Positions 37,080-60,895 of a stretch of DNA of 64,000 bases are shown in pieces; positions within the stretch are counted from its first letter, which is position 1; the number at the start of each line of letters is the position of its first letter. The stretch lies in NCBI RefSeq assembly GCF_009914755.1, contig NC_060945.1; one strand, 5' to 3'. This DNA is from the human T2T-CHM13v2.0 reference genome, Homo sapiens. The translations under genes were made by a program, and so were the position numbers. The notes beneath the pieces are model-generated. The model made no database searches, was not told where the DNA came from, and worked only from the letters and a program-made list of their open reading frames with translations.

Positions 37080-37936
37080 CTGCACTGATCCACCACTAGC
37101 CAATGACTTCTTTAGAGATCTTGTCTTTGGGTATTTCCAGATACTGTCCTATACAGTAACAGATACATTAAAAATAATAGTTTTAAAAATTTAATCACAG
37201 CTGGAAAATACAGTGAACCTACTGACTACACTGGAAACTGGTAAAGAAAGGTAAACAAGCAAACATTTATTCTGCCTTTCCCATATGAACAGTTACGCTG
37301 GGCAATCAAGTAAGAGGTGATGGAAACTTTTCTTTTTATAAAACAGTATTCCAGATAATAAAATGAAGGAGTAACACAACTAGAACATTATCATTTTACA
37401 ACCCTTAATGAATCAACGGATCTAGGCATTAGTCACCAACAGTTGCTAGTGTCACAAAAAGAGACAATCACATTTTGTGCCTCCTGATGAAAGAATGCAC
37501 CACAACTACAAAGCAGTCTTGTAAAATAAAACTGAACCTGACTCTGACCAAGCCTCTGGTTCCAACTACTCATTTGGAAATACAGAAAATAGAGAAACAT
37601 CAGGGATAAACCTGGTATTGAATCTCAGGAATCAGAAAAATCCTGACTACGGGAATTCTACAGGGCAAATAACCCATTTCTTTAACAAATAAATTGCGAG
37701 AATAAAAAGGAAGGTGGTAACCTACAGATTAAGAGACTTAATCGCAATATGTAAGCCTTATTCAAATACTTTAAAAAACTGAGACATGTTTACCTGAACA
37801 TAGAATATTTGATGATATTATGGATTTAACTGTCAATTTTTTTTTAAGTATGATGGTGGTATTAGGTTTTTCTTAAGCCTTCACTTTTTAGAACTACATT
37901 CTCTAATATTTATAAATGATATCACATTATGCCTGA

Positions 37937-38250
37937 GGCCAGGTGCAGTGGCTCATGCCTGTAATCCCAGCACTTTGGGAGGCTGAGGCGGGTGAACCAC
38001 CTGAGGTCAGGAGTTCAAGACCAGCCTGGCTAACACAGTGAAACCCCGACTCTACTAAAAATACAAAAATTAGCCTGGCGTGGTAGCACTCGCCTATAAT
38101 CCCAGCTACTTGGGAGGCTGAGGGAGGAGAAGTGCTTGAACCTGAGAGGTGAGGTTGCAGTGAGCTGAGATCACACCACTGCACCCAGCCCAGGCGACAG
38201 AATGAGACTCCATCTCAAAAAAAAAATTAATAAAAATAAAAATAAATAAA
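37937..38250 (+). mobile_element. Alu
   Basis: Full dimer. Confidence 0.95.
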
Positions 38251-39447
38251 AGCACAGACCCTACAGAAAAGACTGCCTGGGTTCAAATCCTGTGTCCATG
38301 ACTCACTCTGAGCCTTAGCTTCCTCAGCTGTTAAAAAAGAAAAAAAAAAAGGACAATAATAGTCTTTACTTCAGAGGACTTTTGTAAGAATTAAGTGAGT
38401 TAAGATGGTTATAACATATAGTTCTCCCAAAACAGTGCTTCATAGAAGTTTTCATTATCATCCCCCTTCCCACTTTACAGAAAGAAACACGGACCTGGAG
38501 AGGTGAAAAGTGACTTGCTTAATGACTTGAAAACCATCTTCCAGGAACTGTGCTTAGCACTGGTGGCAAAAACTGGCTATTTACCAAAGCGTTTCCTTTT
38601 CCTCCTGGCATATGGCTAAACTACATTTCCCAGCTTCCCTTTCACATGACTGGTCTGGACAATGAAATGTGGGCAAAAGTGAAAGATGCCTCTTTACTAC
38701 TCTCAGGCCTTGTCCCCAAACTTCCCATGCAATCCCTCACCGCTTCTCACCCTCATTTGCCAGGGGAACATCAATGCCTAGGGCAACGGAGAAAAGATTA
38801 GCCTGAGTCCCAGTATGACTTAACTGTTACTGTGTTACTCTTGAAATTTCGGCCACCATAAAGTCAGTAAGACTGTATTTTTTATGGACTCATCACAACA
38901 ATCATTATTCCTATTCAACAATTGGGGAAACTGAAGTATAAAGAAGTCATGGTCAATTATTCAATGGTAGATCCAGAACTTGAACCAGCACTGGCTTAAC
39001 ACAGAGCTCAGGATCTTAAGTGACTTCCAAGATCATAAGACCAGTAAGGGCACCAAGATTTCTAACTTAGAGTAGATACATTTTATATAGAATTTGGTTA
39101 AGTATTCCTTAAAATATCACTTTAATATGCCACAAGAATAACCACAAAATAGTGTTACTTTAAAGTAAAAAGATATAAATAGAAGCCCAAAATGTTAAGT
39201 GGGGTTTTACAATCAAGAAGACACACCAGAATAAGATATTTTTAAAATACCATGTACGTTAAAGAGATCATACTTCCTTACCCTAATAAATAGCCATGTA
39301 GTACAAGTTTTAACTTTTTAAATTAAAAAATTATTAAAATATTAAATATACAACTATTTGGTTTTACCTGAGCCATTCCTTTATACTGACAGTTACATAA
39401 TGTGATTTCAGTTATATATGTAGTTATTGGTAATTTTTCAAAAATAG

Positions 39448-41817
<2,370 letters not shown>

Positions 41818-41929
41818 TGAACTTTTTTTAAACTAGCAGGGGTTATGTGAATAGTGGGATTACAGATATTTTCTTCATTATGCTGGTCCATATTTAAATC
41901 CTCTCCCCCTCACAAAAAAGGTAAAAATA

Positions 41930-42290
41930 TACAGCCATAAAAAAGAATGGAATCATGTCCTTCGCAGCAACATGGATGGAGCTGGAGGCTACATTCTTTC
42001 TCATCCTTTGTCCTAAAAGAAGTAACTCAGAACCAGAAAATCAAATACCACATGGTCTCATTTCTAAGTGGGAGCTAAACAATGAGTACATGTGAACATA
42101 AAGATGGAAGTAATAGACTAGAGATTCCAAAAGAGAAGGTAGAAGAGGAGGTACACAGGTTGAAAACTACCTATTGGGTACTAGGATCACTTTGGATGAT
42201 GGCTGCACTAGCAGGCCAAACCTCGGCATTACATAATCCAGCCATGTAACGAACCTGCATGTGTACCCCCGAATCTAAAATAAAATATTT
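41930..42290 (+). mobile_element. L1PB/L1MA 3' end
   Basis: cagccataaaaaagaatg...gcagcaacatggatggagctgg...catgtaac.aacctgca...gaatctaaaataaaa. Confidence 0.9.
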
Positions 42291-42932
42291 TTTTTAAAAA
42301 ATGGTAAAGAAAAAAGATTAAATGACATAACTAAATATTCTAGACATCATTCTACCATATGTTGTCCAAGAAAAACCACATTTTACCTTACTGTTTATCA
42401 TTTGAAATAAAATATTATGTTAAGATATTTTAAATTTTTACCAGTTCCACAAAGGAACTGGGAAGTAGAAACTGAAGAACACTTTGTTAAACAAGTCCTT
42501 GGGGATTAAAGAAGTAATAGCTACGAAGTATACAACAGTGTGACGAGTGAATCCTTCTGATATTGGGGTTAAAATGGTCATTATAGCTACTGCGTACCAC
42601 AAATCCAATCAAGTTAGGTATTTTGTACACATTATCATTTAATTCTCATTACAACCCATCACAATAGATGTTAATTAGTATGTCCCCTATTTTTCGGATA
42701 AGGAAATTCAAGATCAAAGAGATTAAATGGCCAAGGTCATACAACTAAGAAGTGAAAGTGCTGAGACTCAAACCTAAGTTCATGTCTTAAATCCCATGCT
42801 GTTTGATATTAAGGACCACTTGTGTTTAACAAATATTAAACACCTGCTACACACACACACTGTGCCAGATGTATAAGATAGAGCCATGACCCAAGAAACA
42901 CAGTCACTATTCTCAAAAAACTTAGAATCTCT

Positions 42933-43860
<928 letters not shown>

Positions 43861-44974
43861 GTTCTTGTTTTTCCTGTCTTTGTAACTAGACTTTAAAGCT
43901 CCTCAAAAGAGCTGGAGTATAGATGAAAATACAAAGAGCTTTGAGTCTCAGATCTGGAAAAAGTCTAGCTTTATCATATACATACATAAATTTAAATGCT
44001 GGATTCCTCACCAGCAAAAGGGTCTTGGGTTAAGTGGTATAAAGCAGTCCTGTGCTTATCCATAGGAAACACATTTCAACCCCATACCCCACCCCTGCCT
44101 GGCTCCCATAAATGCCTGACACCACGGATGCTACAAAGCCCTATATACACTATGTTTTATATTTTTCTTTGCCTCCAATGAATTCCCTCTCTTGGCAATG
44201 CCTTATAAGTTACCGTGCAAAAAAATATAAATGTATCTCATTTATCTGTTCTCCCCTACCCCCCACAACGCTATCTACCTCTCACAGGACTAAGCATTGG
44301 AAAGGCCTTAGTGCAGCCACCACCTAACCATAGAAATGATCCAAACTCACATACTACTACTTCTTTATTCTTCAGTAAAGTTCTCCAAACTAAAATGAAA
44401 TATGTAGTTTGAAAATATGTAGTAAAAATACAGCTTTTTAAATATATCCTCTGTGCTATTTCATAGCCACTTCACAGTGACCTTATTTCTCCATTTATAA
44501 CTCACCCAGTTAGTTATTAGTAAACAACTCTTAATCAAAATTAAAAATGAAGGGCTATGGAACTGTTCTCATATCCCATTAAGTGTCTTAAAGGCACTGT
44601 GCTCAGCATTCCACATGCATTATCTTATTGAAAGCGCAGTGTTTAATGAACTTGCCTAAAGCCACATCAGAACCACCAGGAAGCACAATTTCATTGTATT
44701 TTGTGTGAATGCCCTCCCCAGCACAAGAACGGAGCTGTACAATGAAGTGGTCTGGGTCACACAGCTAATTAAGTAATGGAGTTAAGGCTCAAAAACTCTT
44801 CAGTGTCTGATGAGAAAGCTCACACTCAAAACCTCCAAAAAACACTGCTTCGCATCACTGAAATTAAAGAATAAGAATACAATATAAATAGAATAAAATG
44901 AGAATTCCTTGTTATATAATAAGCCAGTTTATCAGCTTTCTTTGGTGAAGGAAGAAAGGGCAACATAGTGATAT

Positions 44975-45156
44975 CTTGTCTCTACTAGAAATTTAAACAT
45001 TAGCCGGGTGTGGTGGTATGCACTTGTAGTCCCAGCTACTGTGGAGGCTGAGTAGAGGGAGGATCACTTGAGCCAGGGAGGTTGAGGCTGCAAGGAGCCA
45101 TGATTGCATCACTGCACTCCAGCCTGGGTGACAGAGTGAGATCCTACCTCAAAAAA

Positions 45157-45191
<35 letters not shown>

Positions 45192-46052
45192 AAATAAGAA
45201 TAAAAATTGCCTCTGGCAAAACTGCACATATAGAGGCACAGTGTGTTTTTTTCCACCACCCCAATGCTACCTCTATAACTCACACATGATAGTTTTATAA
45301 AGATAACTACCTGGCATTCAGGTTAAAATCGCAACAGCATCCAGAATAGGAAAAACTATAAATTATGCATTGGACTCTGCAATCACCAGCCCCTACTTGT
45401 AAATTTCAATGGAGATTCACTTTATTTCAAAATTAGAAAACTGATCTCAGAGTTTAAAACCTCATTTACAGCTTCAAAATATTTAGAATCTAGAATTATA
45501 TAACAAATACTTATTTTCTTAGCATGCAAAAATTATTTACAAATCATTTAAAAAGGATGATCAACTTAACAGAAAAATGGGCAATGACAAATAGACTATT
45601 AGTTACCTAACCAATAGCCACTCCCCACTCACAACCTGTTCCTTACAGAGTTCACCTCCCACTATCATGGCTGAAAGGAACATCCTTGCTCTCTCACCCT
45701 CACTTGTACCTAGGACATGGATGGATACCAGTCACGGTTGATGGGATTTAAGAAAAAAATCTGTTGGCCGAGCGCAGTGGCTCATGCCTGTAATCCCAAC
45801 ACTTTCGGAGGCTGAAGCAGGCAGATCACCTGCCTGTTCCAATACGGAGAAACCCCGTCTCTACTAAAAACACAAAATTAGCCGGGCATGGTGGTGCACA
45901 CCTGTAATCCCAGCTACTCGGGAGGTTGAGGCAGGAGAATCACTTGAACCCGGGAGGCAGAGGATGCGGTGCAGTGAGCCGAGATCGTGCCATTGCACTC
46001 CAGCCTGGGCAACAAGAAGCAAAACTGCGTCTCAAAAAAAGAAAAAAAAAAA
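44975..46052 (+). mobile_element. Alus: 44975-45205 (partial, TAAA tail) and 45766-46052
   Basis: Standard Alu motifs. Confidence 0.9.
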
Positions 46053-46099
46053 ATCTGCTAAGGGCTTCCAGGAAAGGTTTTTAATTCCAAATAAAATAG

Positions 46100-46955
46100 A
46101 TGTGCATGAACAAATATACTTCATCTTTACTGGTCATTGAACCTGGTGTGAACTACGAATCCTCTTTTTCTCACATGCCACATCCCTCAACAAATCTTTT
46201 GGGCTCTGCCTCAACATATGCAGAATTACTTCAACATTTCTCTGATGCCTATCATGCTTCAAATCATCTGTCACCCTGCTAATATTATCTTAACTAACAT
46301 GCCTGCTTCTTCCTTGATCTCCTTCATTCTAGTCTCAACACAGCAGCCAGCATGAGAGTTTGAGAGTCTTGGTCAGATAAAGCCAGTCCTCCACTCAAAA
46401 GCCCCCAAAGGACTCTCATCTAATCCAGAGTAAAAGTCAAAAGATCTCACAATGGTCTACAAGGCCCTGCACAATCTGACTCCCCATGCTACTTCTCTTA
46501 TGATGTTTTCTCCATAACTCAGCTCCTGCCACATTAGCCCTTTCAGTTCTATGAACATGCTAAGCACATTCCTGCCTCGGGGCTTTTGCACTCACTGTTC
46601 CCTGCATCAGCAATACTCTTTCCCCAAATGATTGCCTTTGCATTCTTATTTCCTTTAAGATTCTATTCAAACATCAGCTCACTGAGGCCTTCTCTGATGG
46701 CCCCACTTAAAATAATCCAACCCAGCCCTTCCCGTCCCTTCCATGGCTTTATTTTTTTCCATAAAACTTAACGTCTTCTGACAACCTATAAATTCTACCT
46801 ATTTGTTTGACTGTCTTCTCCCTTATCCCCACTAAAATATCAGCTCCGTGAAGGAAGGCAATGAACTTTGTTTTGCTCACTGCTGTATTTCCTGTGCTTA
46901 TAGAATATTGCCTAATACATTGTAGGTGCTAAATGATTATTTAAGTGAATTAATT
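46100..46955 (+). mobile_element. L2 3' region
   Basis: cacattcctgcctc.gggcttttgcac...cagctcc.tga.gg...tttgttttgctcactgctgtatt...gtaggtgct. Confidence 0.85.
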
Positions 46956-47324
46956 TAGCAACTATCAACAACAAGCTGAGTATAAAACAGCAGGAAAATG
47001 AAAACCATCTAGGTCCGTGACAATTTAATTGAGCCATTGAATTACACCTGGACTTCTAGTCATGTGAGGTAAATTTTATTTATAGTTTAAGCCATTTTTA
47101 ATTAAAATTTTTGTTATTTGAAGCTGCAAAGTACCCAAAATAGGGTACTGGTAGGCAGTTTGCAAAAAAAAATGTGACAAATATCATCAATTTAACTCAA
47201 TCATAAGGCATGCAAATTAAAATAACCATGAAATAATGTCACTCAAGAAAAAATAAGTTTGGTACATGTATAATCCCACTTAATATGACTCACTACATTA
47301 GTAGCATTAAAAAAATTTTAAGGG

Positions 47325-48663
<1,339 letters not shown>

Positions 48664-48664
48664 A

Positions 48665-48766
<102 letters not shown>

Positions 48767-49765
48767 CTACAATAGGATGCAGAAAGTGGCAGTGTTAGAG
48801 CCTCACCCTGTCATGCTGCCCACTGGGTGGCTGGGGCCAGTTTCAGCGAAGGCACTCACACCCACCCTCCAAAGTCCAGCCTCTCCTCCTAGACCAAGCT
48901 GGCCTCCTGACCTGGGGTGGGGACTGGAGACACCACAGTGTCCGAGGCTAGTTGGGGAGCAAGAACAGCAGAAACTCAGACCCAGCCAGTCCTCCCCACC
49001 CAAGTACCAGTTCCCATTCCTGACTCCTCCACCCACAGGACCCTGAGCCCCCATGGTGCCCACTACTCCATGCCTGGGGCTCCCAGATGGTACCCACAAC
49101 ACAGAGCAAGAGGGCAAGGGCCGGGTAACCATGGTGGGTGTGAGGGCCCTGCGGTGGTCAGAGGATTGCCACAAAAACTCTGTGCACCCTCCGCGTTCCA
49201 ACACGAGCAGAAGTTCCCCTTTCCTCCATGGACAATGCAACATTTCACAGCTCCCCTAAAGCACCCCCGACTGCCTGCCAGTTGGCATTGTTGCTGACAT
49301 TGTAGCTCATGATAGCTCACCCAACCCGCCCCCTGCATCGGCCAGTGTAGCAGCTAATAATGCCCCTAATTCCCCACCACCTTCCGCTGGCAGTGCACGA
49401 CGGCACACACAACCTGCCTCCAACCCCCCACCACCTTAGGCAGTGTAGACTCTGATAGCGCAGCAAACCTGCCCCACTGCCAGCAATTCAACACCTGATA
49501 GTGCCACCCACCAGCCCCCCACGGCAGGGAGTGCAGCTCCAAAAGCACACCAAACCCGCTCCCCCACCACCCCGCAAGCAGGCAGTGCAGCCGCAGAGAG
49601 CACACCTACCCTGCCACCTTTCTACTACTCTAACAGAGATGCAGTCTCCGTCACCACTACCAACCGTAGCCAGGCGAGCCGCGGTGGCCAAGGCTGCAGC
49701 CTCCAGCGTTGGGCACAGTCCCCACCTTCTCCTAGATCTCTAGCCGGTCAAGAGCAGCTCCAGCT

Positions 49766-49912
49766 GCCAGCCACCCTCCTACCACTCAGGCTGCACTCCT
49801 ACCACTCCAGCCGCCATCTTACCACTCCAGCCGCCATCTTACTGCTCCGGCCGCCATCTTACTGCTCCAGCCCCACTCCTACCGCTCAGGCCGCCCTCCT
49901 AACACTCCAGCT
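49766..49912. repeat. 20-bp tandem repeat, ~7 units (accactccagccgccatctt)
   Basis: Units start at 49781, 49801, 49821, 49841, 49861 and 49881, with degenerate edges. Confidence 0.9.
49823..49837 (-). CDS. BAGE2: BAGE coding exon 1 (MAAGV); alternatives 49843-49857 (MAAGA) and 49803-49817 (MAAGV)
   Basis: aagATGGCGGCTGGAGTG|GTAAGA: strong Kozak context followed by a phase-0 donor, repeated three times at a 20-bp period. Confidence 0.75.
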
Positions 49913-50057
49913 GCGCTGCCATCTCTGTTGCCACCACCATCCAGAGCGAGACGAGCCACGGTGTTACAGGCTCCAGCCTCCAACTCCCCCTTCTCCTGGT
50001 CCTCTAAGCCGGGAACAGAGCAGCTCAGCGGGAGATACCAGAGACCCTAAACTGGCG
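49858..50057 (-). other. BAGE 5' UTR (approximate TSS ~50057) containing uORF 49899-49940 MVVATEMAAQLEC*
   Basis: Matches my recollection of the BAGE cDNA 5' end (CGCCA.TTTAGGGTCTC...GGCTTAGAGGACCAGGAGAAGGGGGAG); uORF read directly from the sequence. Confidence 0.65.
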
Positions 50058-50059
50058 TG

Positions 50060-50320
50060 AGGCCTGCTCGGCATGCACATGGGGTTACGCGCATGGTTTC
50101 TGGACTACATGTTCTGATTGGGTGAGAGAAAATCTCTAGGCCTTCTCTGATTGGACTTTATTTTCATACTCTAATTGGTTGTCCTAAGACTTTCATCCAA
50201 TCAGAACATGATAACAAAGTCCAATCAGAGTAGGCCTCCGGGCTTTCTCTTATCCAATCCTGGAAAGTGTAGTCCACGAACCGCATATGCATAACTTCAG
50301 TACATAAATGGGGCTGAAGA
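50060..50320. promoter_or_regulatory. Bidirectional promoter: six CCAAT boxes and two ACTACA (ZNF143/THAP11-like) motifs in mirror symmetry
   Basis: ATTGG at 50117, 50150, 50174 and CCAAT at 50197, 50221, 50254; GGACTACA at 50102 and TGTAGTCC at 50268. Confidence 0.75.
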
Positions 50321-50480
50321 AGAGTCAGGCTGTTCCAGGTTCTTCTGTGTCTGCTCACCGAGCTGCTCCGAGCCCGGCTTAGAGGACCAGGACAGACTGG
50401 AGGCTGTAGCCTGCTGCACTGTGGCTGGCCTCCCTGCAGTTGGTGGCGACAGACACTGTAGTGTGGCTGGAAAGGTAGGA

Positions 50481-51778
50481 AGGGGAAAATAGTTTTGGGA
50501 TAGATGGAAGGGTAAAGAGGGTGGTTAGTGCCAAAAGGAAAAAAGGATGGCGAGCCGGAGAAGTCATTGCATAAAGACGGTGAGGAAAAGATGTTGGGAA
50601 AAAAAATTGGGGGGTAGATGGAGGGGGAAAAACAGGGTGGTAAACAGGAGGGAGAGAAGGTTTCACAGAAAGATGGTGGGGAAAAAGTTTTTGGGTAGAT
50701 GGAAGGGGGTAAGAGAGGGTCGTGAGGGGGGAACGGGGATGAGCAGGAAGGAGAGAAGGTTTGCAAAAATATGGTGGGGAGAGAAGAAAGGGAAAGAAGA
50801 CTGTGGGTAAAAAGATTTTGAGTGATGGAGGGGGGAAAAGGGTGACAAGTGGGAGGAGAAAAGAGGGTGCAGAGAGGGAGGGGGAAGAGAGAGTGGCGAG
50901 CAGGAGGGAGAGAAGTTTTTGCGAAAAGACAGTGAGGAGAGAAGCTTTTGGGTAGATGGAGGGGGGAAAGAGGGTGGCCAGTGGGAGAAGGGTAAAGAGA
51001 GTGGCGAGCCGGAAAGAGAAAAGGTTTTGCTAAAAGACGATAGGCAGAAAAGAAAGTGTAGAAAGAAAAGACAGTGGGTAAAAAGTGTTTGGGTAGATGG
51101 AGGGGGAAAAGAGGGTGGCAAGTGGGAGGAGAATAGAAAGTGTGGCCAGAGGAAGTGGGGAAAGAGGACTGGGAAAAAGGCGATGGGGAAAATAGTTTGG
51201 GGTAGATGGAGGGCAAAAAGAGGGTGGCAAGCAGGATAGAGGAAAGAAGAGGGCGAGCGGGAAGAGGGGAAGGCTTTGTGAAAAGATGGCAGGGAAAAAT
51301 TGGGGAGGTAGATGGGTTAAAAGAGCGTGGTGAGCAGGAGTAGAGAAGAGGCTTTGCAAAAAGACGGCAGGAAAATGTTTTTGGGTAGATGGAGAAGGGA
51401 AAGGGTGGCAAGGAGGAAGGGAAAAAAGACGATAGGGAAACAGTTTTGGGGTAGACGGAAGGGGAAAGAGAGGGTGGCGAGCAGCAGGAGTGGGGAGAAG
51501 GCTTTGGGAAAAGATGAGGGAAATGTTTTTGGGGAGATGAAGGAGCAAAAGAGGATGATGAGAGCGGGAGGCGGAAAAAAGGGTGGCCAGAGAGAGGGAG
51601 AAAACACGGTGGGGAAAAGTTTTGGGGTAGATGGGTGGGGAAAACGGAAGTGAGCGGTATAGTATAGAAGGCTTTGCAAAAAGACAATGGGGAAAAAATG
51701 GTGGGGAAAAAGTTTTGGGGTAGATGGAGGAAGAAAAAGGGTGGCGAGAGAGGGAGCCAAAGACGGTCGGGAAAAAAA
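50481..51778 (+). repeat. Purine-rich (G/A) degenerate tandem repeat
   Basis: About 13 recurrences of ttttgggtagatggagggggaaaagagggtggc...agaaggttttgc.aaaagac at 60-130 bp spacing. Confidence 0.85.
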
Positions 51779-51779
51779 T

Positions 51780-56150
<4,371 letters not shown>

Positions 56151-56884
56151 CTTAATGATTGTTTTGCACATAAAATTAATGTATACATGATTAATGCTTT
56201 AAAGGAACTAAGCACCCACCAGACTCAAGAAAAAATGATGCCCTATGATACATCTGAAAAAAATTTAATCTTTCTATTAAATACAGTTACACAAATTAAG
56301 ATAATATGTATTTTTGTCTAGCAAAATAAAATATAGGTATCAGTTTTGGTGAAGCGAAAGCATAATGGACATTAATTTGCCGATTGGTGCTGAAAGTATA
56401 AATTGATTCAACATTTTGCAGGGATGTTAGTCAATATGTGTGAAAATTATACACTAATATCTCTTTACACAGTAATTAAAGTGCTAGGACTTTTTGAAAA
56501 GAAAACATGTCTCAATGTGCCCAAATTTGTTTCTGTGAAAATGTTTATAAAAAATGTTGTTCATTGAAAGCAATACAGTATTTAACCATAGAGAGAGTAG
56601 GCCTGTAAATCATGGAACTTATTCAATGGGGGATGTCTGAAGAGGGTCTAAAAATAATCTATATGTTTAAATAAATAAATTAAAAGAAATTTATTTTAAA
56701 ATCCTACATTTAATTATATTAAAAATTATCAATTTAGGTGATAGGATTATTGGTAAATTTGAATTTTTTAGCATTTTTGTTTATGTGCCAATTTTTCTAT
56801 TACTGTCTTTTACTCCTTTTGTAGATAAAATATACTGTTTTAACATAAAATAAATGTCATTCATAATTCTTATACAGTAAGAAC

Positions 56885-57687
<803 letters not shown>

Positions 57688-57799
57688 TTACCGAGAAAAT
57701 AATTTTAAAAAACATTATCCTAATGCAATCTACAATTGTGTAGAATCATTGTAGAATATACCACAGCATACTGTTGAGTTTTATTTGCTATTAAGATTA

Positions 57800-58272
57800 A
57801 GTGGGGCTGCACGGCCAGACAGGCCCTGCTCCTGAGGCCGGGCAGGCTGCGCGCCTGCGATCCTGCGCCTGTGGTCCTGGGGCAGCCCGGACCAGCTCAG
57901 GAGAACCCGCGAGCCCAGCGGCGACTGCCCCGGGCTGGAGCCCCACCTGCCGGCGCGCCGCCTGGGAGCGGCTTCTGGGAGGTGGGCGGCCCCCGCCGTG
58001 CAAGGGCGCTGCTAATGCCCTTGCGAGGCTCAGTGGATCTAAGAGGTCGGAAGCTGGGAGTGTCGCTGCTGAAGGCTGTGGTGGACCCGGCTGGATCGCG
58101 GATTCTGGGCTAGATCGCAGATTTGGGATCGCGGATGGGGGATTGGATCGCGGATTGGGGGTTGGAGCGGGGATTTGGGCCTGGATTGGGGATTTGGGGC
58201 TAGGTGGGGGGCGGTGAAAAGGTGACACGGAGTTGCCGCGGCTCAGGAGCCGGTGGTTGGGAGTCTGAGAAG
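57800..58272 (+). pseudogene. CpG-rich promoter/5' UTR of ANKRD18/ANKRD20A type, truncated just before the start codon
   Basis: GGATCGCGGATT-type short repeats followed by GGTGAAAAGGTGAC...GAGCCGGTGGTTGG.AGTCTGAGAAG, which I recognise as the ANKRD18/20A leader; the sequence then switches abruptly into mid-Alu. Confidence 0.6.

Positions 58273-60895
<2,623 letters not shown>

Larger units (their letters stand above)
49290..50480. repeat. Largely palindromic GC-rich repeat, probably REP522
   Basis: Diverged inverted repeat centred at ~50187 with a perfect 20-bp arm pair (49994-50013 / 50373-50392). REP522 is described as a palindromic interspersed repeat at such promoters; name assigned from recall. 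Confidence 0.6.

Noticed and set aside
35778-37103. 441/412/408-aa poly-Gly, poly-Val and poly-Thr ORFs as protein-coding genes
   Set aside because: They follow automatically from an in-register triplet repeat, have non-ATG starts and no exon structure. Kept only as a speculative RAN-type hypothesis.
49766-49912. CRISPR-like periodicity
   Set aside because: Head-to-tail units with no spacers, in a primate genome.
50164-51687. 507-aa Pro/Phe/Ser/Leu-rich ORF and the overlapping plus-strand ORFs
   Set aside because: Low-complexity purine/pyrimidine repeat depleted of stop codons; no domain.
57797-58228. 138-143-aa ORFs on both strands of the CpG-rich segment
   Set aside because: GC-rich, stop-poor leader sequence with no ankyrin or other domain.
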